In this document: positions 17,001-29,000 of the stretch, in pieces
Layout of the letters: each line of letters starts with the position of its first letter
How positions within the stretch are numbered: the first letter of the stretch is position 1
From: Klebsormidium nitens
Taxonomy: Eukaryota; Plantae; Klebsormidiophyceae
Direction of reading: 5' to 3'
Assembly (NCBI GenBank): GCA_000708835.1
Contig: DF237289.1
Span: 1 to 64,000, forward strand
Length of the DNA: 64,000 nucleotides
The notes under the pieces: generated by a model
Database searches by the model: none
What the model saw: only the letters and a program-made list of their open reading frames with translations
Told to the model about the DNA's origin: nothing
Made by a program: the position numbers and the translations under genes

Positions 17001-20000
17001 TACTACCGGCAGTGCCAGGAGCAGCTGGACGAGCTGGTGAAGCTGACGGTGGGCGAGCTGAGCAAGGGCGACCGCAAGAAGGTGATCACGCTGTGCACCA
17101 TCGACACGCACGCGCGTGACGTGGTGCAGAAGCTCATCGACGACAAGGTGGAGGCCGCCGCCGCCTTCCAGTGGCAGTCCCAGCTGCGCTACAGCTTCGA
17201 CGAGGCCACCAAGGCCGTCCGCGGCTCCATCTGCGACTTCGACTTCCCGTACGCCTACGAGTACGTCGGCAACTGCGGCTGCCTGGTCATCACGCCGCTG
17301 ACGGACCGGTGCTACATCACGCTCACCCAGGCGCAGCGCCTCGTGCTGGGCGGCGCGCCCGCGGGGCCCGCGGGGACGGGCAAGACGGAGACGGTCAAGG
17401 ACCTGGGCCGCGCGCTGGGGGTCATGGTGTACGTCTTCAACTGCAGCGACCAGATGGACTACCGCATCATGGGCCAGATCTACAAGGGCCTCGCGCAAAC
17501 AGGCACCTGGGGCTGCTTCGACGAGTTCAACCGCATCCCCGTCGAGGTGAGCCGCCCGCCGTCTTGGTTGTAAACTACGGAGATTCTGGCACATGACACG
17601 GGTCTCTGGAAGTCTGCTCGTTAGACTAGCGAGCCCAGTCCGTGCAGCCTGATCTTCAATTCGGAGTGCTTATCAATGTAACGATTTTCTCGTCAAAAGC
17701 GCATCTTGAGAAATCGTTTGTTCTTAATGCAAAAGTCCCACTTTTCACCGAAGAGTGTAACCACTGATTGGTGGTCAGAGTGCTGTACTTCAATGAAAGG
17801 CGATGTGGACCAGAATTCGATCCTATTTTAGTTGTCTCTAGTATATAATAGAGTCATCTCAGCACGTTCTTCCCCTGTTGCTGTCGGTAGGTGCTGTCCG
17901 TGTGCTCGACGCAGTACAAGACGGTGCTGGACGCGATCCGCGCGCGCAAGGAGCGGTTCGTGTTCGAGGAGGGCGAGATCGCGCTGGTGCGCACCATGTG
18001 CGCGTTCATCACGATGAACCCGGGGTACGCGGGCCGCGCGGAGCTGCCGGAGAGCCTGAAGGCGCTGTTCCGGCCCGTGAGCATGGCGGTGCCGGACCTG
18101 GTGCTCATCGCGGAGATCATGCTGCTGGGCGAGGGCTTCGTCGCGTCCAAGCTGCTCGCGCGCAAGTTCATCATCCTGTATACGCTCTGCGAGGACCTGC
18201 TCTCCAAGCAGGCGCACTACGACTGGAAGCTGCGCGCCATCAAGACCACGCTCAACGTCGCCGGCGGCATGAAGCGCGCCGCGCCCAACATGACCGAGGA
18301 CAAGGTGCGCTGCCGGTCTTATGAATTTCCATACTTATCAAAGCTTTGGACAATGCTTTTAAAAGTCAGCACTTTTTGAGAAGCAGCAGATATTCCTTGG
18401 CAGCATAATCAGCCTAAACGCCTGTTGAAACGTACTCGTGTTCATCAAAGCGTTCCACACTGCGCTTGACCTTTAGCACTTTTTAAGAAGCCGCGAACAG
18501 TCCTCTGCAGCATGACTAGCTAGCATTACTCTCGAAGTCCCACAAGCTCCACGTATTTTTCGCAGTTCTTAATCTGATGATTTGAGAAGAGCCAAATTAC
18601 CAACTGCTTGTTTACTGGCTCCCCAGATTTTGCTGCGCGCGCTGCGGGACTTCAACATCGGGAAGCTGGTGAACGACGACGTGCACGTGTTCATGGGCCT
18701 ACTCAACGACCTGTTCCCCAAGACCGTGGACAGCGTGCCGCGCGCGCGCGACCTGGTGTTCGAGGAGCACATCAAGGCGGCCGCGGGCGAGGCGGGGCTG
18801 CAGCCGGAGAGCAAGTTCGTGCTCAAGGTGACGCAGCTGCGCGAGCTGCTCGAGGTGCGCTGGTCCGTCTTCGTGCTGGGGCCCGCCGGGTGCGGCAAGT
18901 CCACCGTCTGGCGCACCCTCGCGCGCGCGCAGGCGGCCGCGGGCGAGAAGACGGTGGTGAAGGCGCTGAACCCGAAGAGCGTGACGCGGCACGAGCTGTA
19001 CGGGTACCTGCACCCGGCGACGCGCGAGTGGAAGGAGGGCCTCATCAGCGTCACCTTCCGCGACATGGCCAACACCGCGGGCGTGCCGCACCAGTGGATC
19101 GTCTTCGACGGCGACATCGACGCGGAGTGGATCGAGTCCATGAACACCGTCATGGACGACAACAAAATGCTCACGCTCGCCTCCAACGAGCGCATCCCGC
19201 TCACGCCATCCATGCGCCTCCTCTTCGAGGTGCGCCGCCTCGGCAAACTCGCACCGTCAACGGCGCCCCAACTAATTGCAAGGCCAAAAAGGCCTTGAAT
19301 GTATTTGCCAAGGGCGATCTGCTCATATAAATGAGAAGTAATCTCCAATTATGTCTTCTTTTTTGAAATGAAGATTTGATAGCGGTGTTTGAGATTCTTT
19401 GTTGTTGAAAAGGAAGATTTGATAGCGGTGTTTGAGATTCTTGTAGACTTGGAGACAAGTTCGTTTTGAAGTCTGCTTATCTTAACTCCGTGCTTTCTGT
19501 TCAATACTGAAACTTCCGCTGACTACTCTGTATGTCTGCCTGCCCGCCAGATCTACACGATGAAGCAGGCGTCCCCCGCGACGGTGTCCCGCGGCGGCGT
19601 GATCTACCTGAACGCGGGCGACATCGGGTGGGAGCCTTTTGTGGAGACGTGGATCGAGGGGCGGCAGGACAAGAACGAGCGCGGCATCCTCACCGAGTTC
19701 TTCGGCCGCTACATGGAGAAGTCGCTGGACCACGTGGGGCGCAACTTCAAGCACATCGTCCCGCTCGTCGACATCAACCTCGTCTCCACCGTCTGCTACA
19801 TCCTCGAGGGACTCCTCCCGGAGGTCAGCGCCCGCGGCCGCGCACGCTGATCTTTCCCTGGGCTTAAGGCATGATTTTGAAATCGAAACGCACGACAGGG
19901 CCCCTGAGCCTGAAGTACCGGCCCAGCTCCTTCCAGCTGTGATTCTTACGAACCTCTTTCGCTCAAAAAAGTTCAAAACGTTCTTATTTCGAAACACTTC

Positions 20001-23000
20001 AGAAATCTTGCTTCTACAGAGTTGTTGACAGGGAATCAACAAAACGAAGCCGTTCTTTCACTGATTGGAATTGAGCACTTCTCCTCAATAAAAAAACAGA
20101 ACAGGTGAAAAACCATTGAGGTGTGCTTGCTGCATCCAGGTAACCCTTCTAGTGAACATGGAGAGTCTCGCCTTGATCGCTATTAAAGTCTGTCAGCAAT
20201 GCTGCACGGAACGATCTTTGTTACTGGACCCGCGGCTGACCCGAGTGCGTGACTTTGCAGGAGGGCAAGGCCCGCGGCGCCGCGGTGGACAAGAAGGTGT
20301 ACGAGAGCTACTTCGTGTTCGCGTGCCTGTGGGGCCTGGGCGGCGCGCTGCTGGTGGACAAGACCAAGGACTACCGCGCAGAGTTCAGCGCATGGTGGCG
20401 CTCCGAGTGGAAGGCCGTCGGCTTCCCGGACAAGGGCACCGTCTTCGACTACTACGTCAACCCGGAAGCCGCAGAGATGACGCCCTGGGCAGACAGGGTG
20501 AGCGCGCGCGGAATCAAGCCAGGGCTGCCATCAGATATTGACCAAAGTGGCAACTCTTGAGTTCGCAAATATTTCGGTGACGACAGGTTTGCTTATACAC
20601 CCTATGCAACTTGCGGGACTGTTTCATTGCTAGCGTCTCCAACATTCTGTTGACTGTTGAAACTTATGAATAACAGAAGGGACCTGCCGGAAGCTTTCCA
20701 TGTTTTCAAAAGCCATGCTTATGTTGTCAATGCAGCAGAGGTGTTGTTGCTCAAGGCCTTTCCTTTGGCTTCGGCCGACTTTTTCACAAATTGAAAGACC
20801 ATCCTTTTGAAATGAGTTGGGCCTTTTCAAATTCGATGTTTTGAACGTCGAGAATCCCTCGAACCGTTCTTCCTTGCTAGAGAGACTCCGCTTTCCCTGT
20901 TTTGAGGCGGGAAGGGTGTTGTCCAATTCGTTTGAAGTTTCACTGTAAATACAAGCTTGCTACTTCGAACTGACGGCGTCAAAAGTGCTTGCTTTTCACT
21001 CTTTCTTGGCCAGAGTCTGGTCGCAAGGCGGCCCCTGCTCAGACGGTCCACCTTTTGCTGACCTTGTCAGATTTCTATTGTTTCAGGTGCCCGGCTTCAC
21101 GTACGTGGACGACGGCAACTTCGGCGGCATTTTCGTGCCGACGGTGGAGACGGTGCGGCTGTCGTTCTTGCTGGACGGACTGGTGGAGCGGCGGCACGGC
21201 GTCATGCTGGTGGGCCCCGCGGGCACGGGCAAGACGAGCATCCTGCGCGACAAGCTGCGCGGGCTGGACCCCGAGGCGCTGCTGAGCTGCAGCATCAACC
21301 TCAACAGCTTCACCACCGCGGACCAGCTGCAAAACATCCTGGAGGCGCCGCTGGAAAAAAAGAGCGGCGCGCGGTTCGGCCCGCCGGGCGGGAAGCGGCT
21401 GATCTACTTCGTGGACGACCTGAACATGCCGTTCGTGGACAAGTACGGCACGCAGGCGCCCATCGCGCTGCTGCGCCAGGCGCTCGACTACGGCGGCTGG
21501 TACGACCGGAGCAAGGTGCTGCTCAAGGAGGTGGCCGCCACGCAGATGCTGGCCGCCATGAACCCCACCGCCGGCAGCTTCAGCATCAACCCGCGCATGC
21601 AGCGCCACTTCGCCACCTTCGCGGTGCAGATGCCGTCGGCCGACCAGCTGACCGCCATTTACAGTGCCATCGTGGGCGGCCACCTGGCGCCCTTCGACGG
21701 CGAGGTGGCCAAGCTGGGGGCCAAGGTGGCGGCCGCCACGGTGGAGCTGCACCAGATGGTCACCAACACGTTCCTGCCCACCGCCGTCAAGTTCCACTAC
21801 CAGTTCAACCTGCGGGACCTCTCCAACGTCGCGCAGGTCAGCCCAGCGATTGCTCGCGCGCGCGCCAAAGTGCTCTTTTTTGTGCACTCATCGACCTCAT
21901 CAGCAATCTAAGATGCTTGAGTGTTGTTTGAGTATTGAAGAAGTGCCTTTTCATGGCGATTTGTTGTCCTGGGAATGGGACTGCTTCGCCAACTGTGTTT
22001 CTCTTGTACGCCCAAAACGTGGTTGGTAATCGCCTATTGTCGGCTCATGTTTGCTGCTACTTTTGCAGGGCGTGTGCCGCGCGGTGCGCGAGTACTTCGG
22101 GAGCCCGGTGAAGGTGGCGCGCCTGTGGCTGCACGAGTGCGAGCGCGTGTTCGCGGACCGCATGATCAACGCCGCGGACGCGACGCGCTTCAGCGAGATG
22201 CTGGAGCACGCGCGCAAGAAGAACTTTGAGGACCTCGACGGCGACGCGCTCACCGCGCGGCCGCTCATCTTCACCTCCTTCACGCAGCAGACGCCCGACG
22301 GGCACCCCGTCTACACCGCCGTCGACGACTACACCAAGCTCAAGGTGAGACCATTGCCTTAATCTAGGCAAGACTTGCTCTGTCGGGTGACGCAAAATAG
22401 TTCATAATCGTATAGCTCTGTTTTCTGTAGGGTCTTTCCACTCATAATGAATGCCCTGATGTTTGTCGATTTCAATCGCAAGGCTTCCCCTCTTTTCCCT
22501 TGTTTGTTTCATGAGACTTTTGGTTAGACCTTGTCGAATGAGTCGGATTTCATATAGGCCCCCTTGGCTGACGGCGCCTGCTTGCTTCGGTGTGCAGGGC
22601 GTGCTGGAGGAGCGCTTGGCGGAGTACAACGAGAGCCACGCGGCGATGGACCTGGTGCTGTTCGAGCAGGCCATGGACCACGTCTGCAGGATCGCGCGCG
22701 TCCTCAACCTGCCGCGTGGCAACGCCATGCTGGTGAGGCTCACCCTCAGAGGCCCCCTGCTGCCGACCCGTTGCAGCAAGGTTTTGAGCAAAGCGACGTC
22801 GCATATTGCAGTCTCCTGCTTCGCTGAATTCGATATATCTGAACCCGCAACGCTGAAAAGCAGGTAATTTGCTCCCCTTTGGATTGTGCGAACAAAAAAA
22901 ATGTTCCTCATGTACTTTTTTGAAAGTGGGCCCAAGCTTCTTTGATTCTTTACTCTTCTGAACGGACTCAAGCGAAGCAGCCTGCGTGTGCCCCGTGTTT

Positions 23001-26000
23001 GACGGCTTCTCCTGACGCAGGTGGGCGTGGGCGGCAGCGGGAAGCAGAGCTTGGCGAAGCTGGCGGCGCACATATGCGGGTACGAGGTGTTCCAGATCAG
23101 CGTGACGAGCACGTACGGCGCGGCGGAGTTCAAGGCGGACCTGGTGACGCTGTACACGCGCGCGGGCGTGAAGGCGGTGCCGACGGTGTTCCTCATGACG
23201 GACGGCCAGATCGTGAGCGAGCAGTTCCTGGTCTACCTCAACGACCTGCTCTCCTCCGGCTACATCCCCGACCTCTTCGCGCCCGACGAAAAGGACGCCA
23301 TCTGCAACAGCCTCCGAAACGAGGTCAAGCAGGTCAGCCGCCCGCGATCCACGCACCTCTGAACGGCAGCTTGCGGGTCTTGTGTTTCAAAATGATGAAT
23401 GGCAGCAAGTTTGCTCGTTCACATGACAGCTGCAATTTTATAAGATTCCGCAAATTTGATTGGACATCTCCCATCTCTTACATGAATTTCCAACGGCTTT
23501 GCGATTTGCAACGACTAGCCATACTTCATGCGGTTATCGAGTTTGCTATGGAGTAGTCACCCCCTGACCCTGCCACTTCATTTCCGCGCAGGCCGGCATA
23601 TTGGATACGCGCGACGCGTGCTGGGAGTTTTTCATCGAGAAGGTGCGCAAGTACCTGCACGTGGTGCTGTGCTTCAGCCCGGTGGGCGACAGCTTCCGCA
23701 TCCGCGCGCGCCAGTTCCCCGCGCTCATCAACAACACCGTCATCGACTGGTTCCAGCCCTGGCCGCAGGAGGCGCTCGTCTCCGTCGCAGGTCAGCACCA
23801 CCAGCTCCATGCATCTTTCATGAGAAAGGCTGCGACAAATTCCACACCAACAGCAGGGCGTGTCTCCGTTGAAGGGACTGGTTTATAATGGAGTTCTGTT
23901 GAGCTTGTTTTCCGTACTCATACTTTCCTGTGTACTTACAAAACTGGTAAAGGGTGACTGGCAACTGCTTCAAAGGTGCAACTTCCGCTCACCTCTGCTT
24001 CGAAGTAGGGTCAGATTTTCCAGCTTGTTCGAGGTCCCGAGCGTGACGTTGGGGCGGCTTTGGCGCGCGCAGGTCGTTTCCTGGCGGACGTGCCGGCGCT
24101 GGCGGACGAGGTGCGCGAGAACATGGCGCACCACATGGCGCACGTGCACCTGTCCGTGACGGACGCGAGCGTGCGGTACTACGACGCGGAGCGGCGGTAC
24201 AACTACACGACGCCCAAGAGCTACCTGGAGCTCATCAGCCTGTACAAGGGCCTGCTGGCGCGCAAGCGCGACGAGCTGCGGCAGCAGAAGGAGCGGCTTG
24301 AGAACGGCGTGCTCAAGATCAGCCAGGCCAGCGCGCAGGTGGCGGACCTGCAGGCCGCGCTCAAGCACGAGCAGGCCGTCGTCGACGAGAAGAAGCAGAC
24401 CACGGACGCTCTCATCGTCAACATCGGGCAGGAGAAAGCCGTGGTCGACGAGCAGAAGAACTCAGCCGCGGCAGACGAGGCCGAGTGCGCCAAGATCGCA
24501 ACCGAGGTGAGCAGGCTCGAAACGATCATACTCTCCTGCAGTACTTGGCTCGCTGTTGTCAAAAGTTTGCTCAATCTGGAGCATGAGCAGGGCCTACTCA
24601 CTTTTGAGTAGGCTGCAAGATTTTGAAGGCTTTACAAACGCTCTGAGGAGTTTTAAGGACATATTCCAGTTCAAGCTCTCAATAATCTGCTGTTTCTTTG
24701 TGCCCAGGTATCCGAGTTCCAGGCGGCGTGTGCCCAGGACCTGGCTGCCGCAGAGCCCATTATCGCGGAGGCGGAGGCCGCGCTCAACTCCCTCGACAAG
24801 AAGTCTCTTGGAGAGCTCAAGTCGTTTGGCAGCCCTTCCCCCGAAGTCGTGCAGGTGAGCCCCACAAGGGACACGTGATGTCAGAAGCCTCCGTGCAGCA
24901 GAATGAGATCAGGGCACCTATTCCGCGCCACCTCGTCATGAAACCGTTTCTGCACTGCCGTTGGTTTCAACTCAAAAGGCGTCCTTCTGTCTACTTCTTG
25001 TTCCTCCATGAGGGCAGCTCGTTTCGAGGCTTCGAAAGAGTTTCGGGGCTGACTTTGCTCCGCTAAATGCGTCGTGGCGTGCAGGTGGGCGCGGCGTGCC
25101 TGGTGCTGACGGCCCCCGGCGGCAAGATCCCGAAGGACCTGTCGTGGAACGCGGCCAAGAAGATGATGGGCAACGTGGACCAGTTCCTGACGTTCCTCAA
25201 GGACAAGTTCGACAAGGACAACGTGCCCATCCAGTGCGTGGAGAAGTGCGAGAAGGAGTTCCTGAGCAACCCCGGGTTCACCGCGGACAACATCCGCAGC
25301 AAGAGCGCGGCCGCGGCGGGCCTGTGCGGGTGGGTGATCAACATCTGCAAGTACTTCCGCATCTACCAGGTGGTCGCGCCCAAGCGCGCGCTGCTGGACG
25401 AGGCCAACAAGAAGCTGGCGGGCGCCAACGCGAAGCTGGCGGGCATCCGCAGCAAGGTGGCGGACCTGGAGGCGCGCGTGGCCGCGCTCGAGGAGGGGCT
25501 CATGAAGGCGACGGAGGACAAGAACCAGGCCATCGCCGCCGCGGAGAAGACGCAGCGCAAGGCGGACATGGCGGACCGGCTGGTCAACGGGCTGGCGGGC
25601 GAGAACCAGCGCTGGAACGAGGCCATCAGCCAGTTCGAGATCATGGAGAGCAAGCTCGTCGGGGACGCGCTCATCGCCGCCGCCTTCGTCAGCTACGCGG
25701 GGCCCTTCAACGCAGCCTTCCGCCAGGTACGGCGCCGGCAGTCCCGCAAACTGTGTGGCACGGAAGCTGCCTCATCTGTTTCTTCGAAGGGCATAAATTG
25801 TCAGTAAGTGCAGGCTCTCTTGAGGATGCCGGAGCGCAACAGAAAGGACGGTCTTGTAAACTCGTGTCTTGTCTTTGAAGCACCTTCCACTCCAAAAAGG
25901 TTATTGTTGCAATCACAAATTGTCAGGATGAAGTTTAGAGTCTGCGTCATCCAACAGTTTCTTTCAGCACTCCGAATGCGGAATCCAGCAATTTCAGCAA

Positions 26001-29000
26001 AGGTTAATCTGTTTGACACAAGAGCTGATATCGTGGAGAAAACCAGCAGCTTCAGCAAGATATCTAATCTGCTCGACACAAGAGTCATATCGTGGAAAAC
26101 ACCCTGATTTACTTTTTCGTTTTATTGGCCTTTGCCCCTCGCAGAGGTCTCGGGAGTTTCGCCGTGTTGGTTAAGGTTGGGTTGTAGTCTGCAGGTGCTC
26201 TTCTAAACCGTTCTCAAAGCCTCACGCGTCCCCTCTCTTTTCTCGTGTGCGTGCCAGGTGTTGGTTGACGCCAACTGGACGCCTGACGTGGTGGAGCGGC
26301 AGATCCCCTTGACGGAGGGCCGCCGCCCGCTGAGCTTGCTGACGGACGACACGGAGATGGCGCGGTGGGGCAACGAGGGCCTGCCCGCGGACAGCCTGAG
26401 CGTGGAGAACGGCGCCATCATGTGCAACTGCGCGCGCTGGCCGCTCATGATCGACCCGCAGCTGCAGGGCGTGCAGTGGGTCAAGGCGCGCGAGGCCGCG
26501 CACGGGCTGCGCGTGATCCAGCTGAGCGCGGGCAAGTACATGGACACGGTGGAGGCGTGCATCGAGGCGGGCACGCCGCTGCTGATCGAGAACCTGGGCG
26601 ACTCCATCGACGCCGTGCTGGACCCGGTGATCAGCCGCAGCGTCATCCGGCGCGGGCGGAACCTGCTCATCAAGCTAGGCGACAAGGAGGTCGCGTACGA
26701 CCCCAACTTCCGGCTCTACCTCCACACCAAACTCTCCAACCCGCACTACAAGCCCGAGATCGCTGCGCAAACCACGCTCATCAACTTCAGGTGCGGGCCT
26801 GCCGCGCGCCGGGGCGGCTTTCGGCCTCGAAAAGTTGCATGCGCAGGGGTCTAGAACGACTATTGTGGAACCTGCAGTCCTTGTTGTGTCATGGTTACTT
26901 GTGAGAATCTTTGCCAGAAGTTGCGGACGACCTTTTCAGAAGAGACGATACTGAATTCAAGCCTGCACTCTAAGCTGAGGCAATTTGTCGTGGCTGACGC
27001 GCGCAGCGTGACGGAGAGCGGTTTGGAGGAGCAGCTGCTGGCGCTGGTGGTGAACAAGGAGCGCGCGGAGCTGGAGGAGGCGCGGCAGGGCCTGGTGCGG
27101 CAGCTGAACGAGTTCAAGATCGCGCTCAAAGGGCTGGAGGACAACCTGCTGGTCAAGCTGTCCAACAGCCAGGGCGACATCCTGGAGGACGTGGAGCTCA
27201 TCCAGAACCTGGAGAACACCAAGAAGACCGCGCTCGACATCGAAACCAAGGTACGCGTGCGCAACACGCTCGGCGCAGAGTGTCATGGCTGTTCGAAACA
27301 GCTCCTTTTGAACGTGTTTCGAGGTGGACTTAGCATACAATCGTCAAGAATGGACGCTCATTGAATGATCTTCAGTCTTAAGAACCTTCCCGACGCTTCT
27401 TGAATGAGCTGAACTCGTAACAAAGTTCCAAACATTCATTGTGAAGAGCCTCTAGTGTTGCAGCTTCCTTTGCTTCTTTACTTTTTTCCAAAGCCTTTGG
27501 TTTACAGATTTCTCAAGGAGCTTACTCATTACGACATTCTCTGATGCCTGACGTCTGCACTGTGCTTCGTCCTTTCAGGTCAAGGCTGCCAAGGAGGCGG
27601 AGCTGAGCATCGCTGCGGCGCGCGAGGCGTTCCGCCCGGTTGCTGCTCGCGGGTCGCTGCTGTACTTCTTGGTGGACCGGCTGACGGCGCTGAACCACAT
27701 GTACCAGTACAGCATGGCCATGTTCGTGGACATCCTGAACAAGGGCATCGACGCGACGTCGCCCGCGGAGGACCCCGCCGCGCGCGTGACCGCGCTCATC
27801 GAGTGCACGAGCTTCACCATCTTCAAGTTTGTGGCGGCGGGCCTCTTCGAGAAGCACAAGCTCATCTTCGCGACGCAGTACGCGCTCAGCCTGGCGCGCC
27901 AGGCCGGCACGCTGGACACCGCGTGCGCGGACTACCTGCTGGCGGGCCCGCGCGTGCCGGGCGTCTCGTCGCCGCTGCCGGAGTGGATGCCGGACGCGAC
28001 GTGGGGCGCGGTGCTCGCGCTGCGCGACCTGGAGGACTTCGGCGCGCTGCCGGACGACGTGATCGGGAGCGCGAAGCGGTGGCGCGACTGGGCGGAGCTG
28101 GAGCGGCCGGAGGCGGAGCCGCTGCCGGGCGACTGGAAGAAGCTGCCCGACTTCCAGCGGCTGCAGGTCATCCGCGCCATCCGGCCGGACCGCATGACCG
28201 CCGCCGTGCGCGCGTACGTGGCCGACGCCATCGGGGCGCAGTACGTGCAGTCGTACCCGTTCAACCTGGAGGCCAGCTTCGCGGACGCGCGGCCGGGCAC
28301 GCCCATCTTCATCTTCCTCTCGCCCGGCGTCGACGCGGCCGCCGCGGTGGAGGGCCTGGGCCGCAAGCTGGGCTTCACCGCGGAGGCCGGCAAGTACACG
28401 GCGGTCAGCCTGGGGCAGGGCCAGGAGGGGCCCGCCATGCGCGCGCTGCAGCGCGCGCAGTCCGAGGGCGGGTGGGTGCTGCTGCAGAACATCCACCTGA
28501 CGCCCAAGTGGACGGCAGGCCCGCTCGAGAAGTCGATCGACAAGCTGGCGGACGGCGCGCACGCGGACTTCCGGCTGTTCCTGAGCGCGGAGCCGGCCGC
28601 GGGCATCCCCATCACGGTGCTGCAGAACAGCATCAAGCTGAGCAACGAGCCGCCGGAGGGCGTGCAGCCCAACCTGGTGCGCGCCTTCGGCAACTTCAGC
28701 GACGAGACGTTCGAGAGCAGCGCCAAGAGCGCGGAGCTCAAGGCCATCGTGTTCGCGCTCTCCTTCTTCCACGGGGTGCTCCTGGAGAGGAAGAAGTTCG
28801 GGCCGCAGGTAAGCACCAGCCCTTTCACCCACAGCCTTTCAACATGTTCTCGGCGCAGTCCAGACGGCCTATAGACTCCAAGTCCTGAGAGCTGTATCGT
28901 CCAGCGCTCCTTGATTTGAACACAGAGGAGAAGCGGGACTAAATCTAGCCGTTTTTGAGATGCCTACGTTTCTCGTCGTATATGAAGCGGACCGTGCTGG

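Noticed and set aside
19370-19442. 30-bp direct repeat with a spacer resembling a mini-CRISPR
   Set aside because: Only two copies, a 13-bp spacer, inside a eukaryotic intron, and no cas genes.
9796-29000. Many long antisense and alternate-frame ORFs over dynein exons (e.g. 9796-11403, 27522-28832)
   Set aside because: These are shadow ORFs caused by extreme GC3 bias, which removes stops from other frames. They have no motifs and track the exons exactly.
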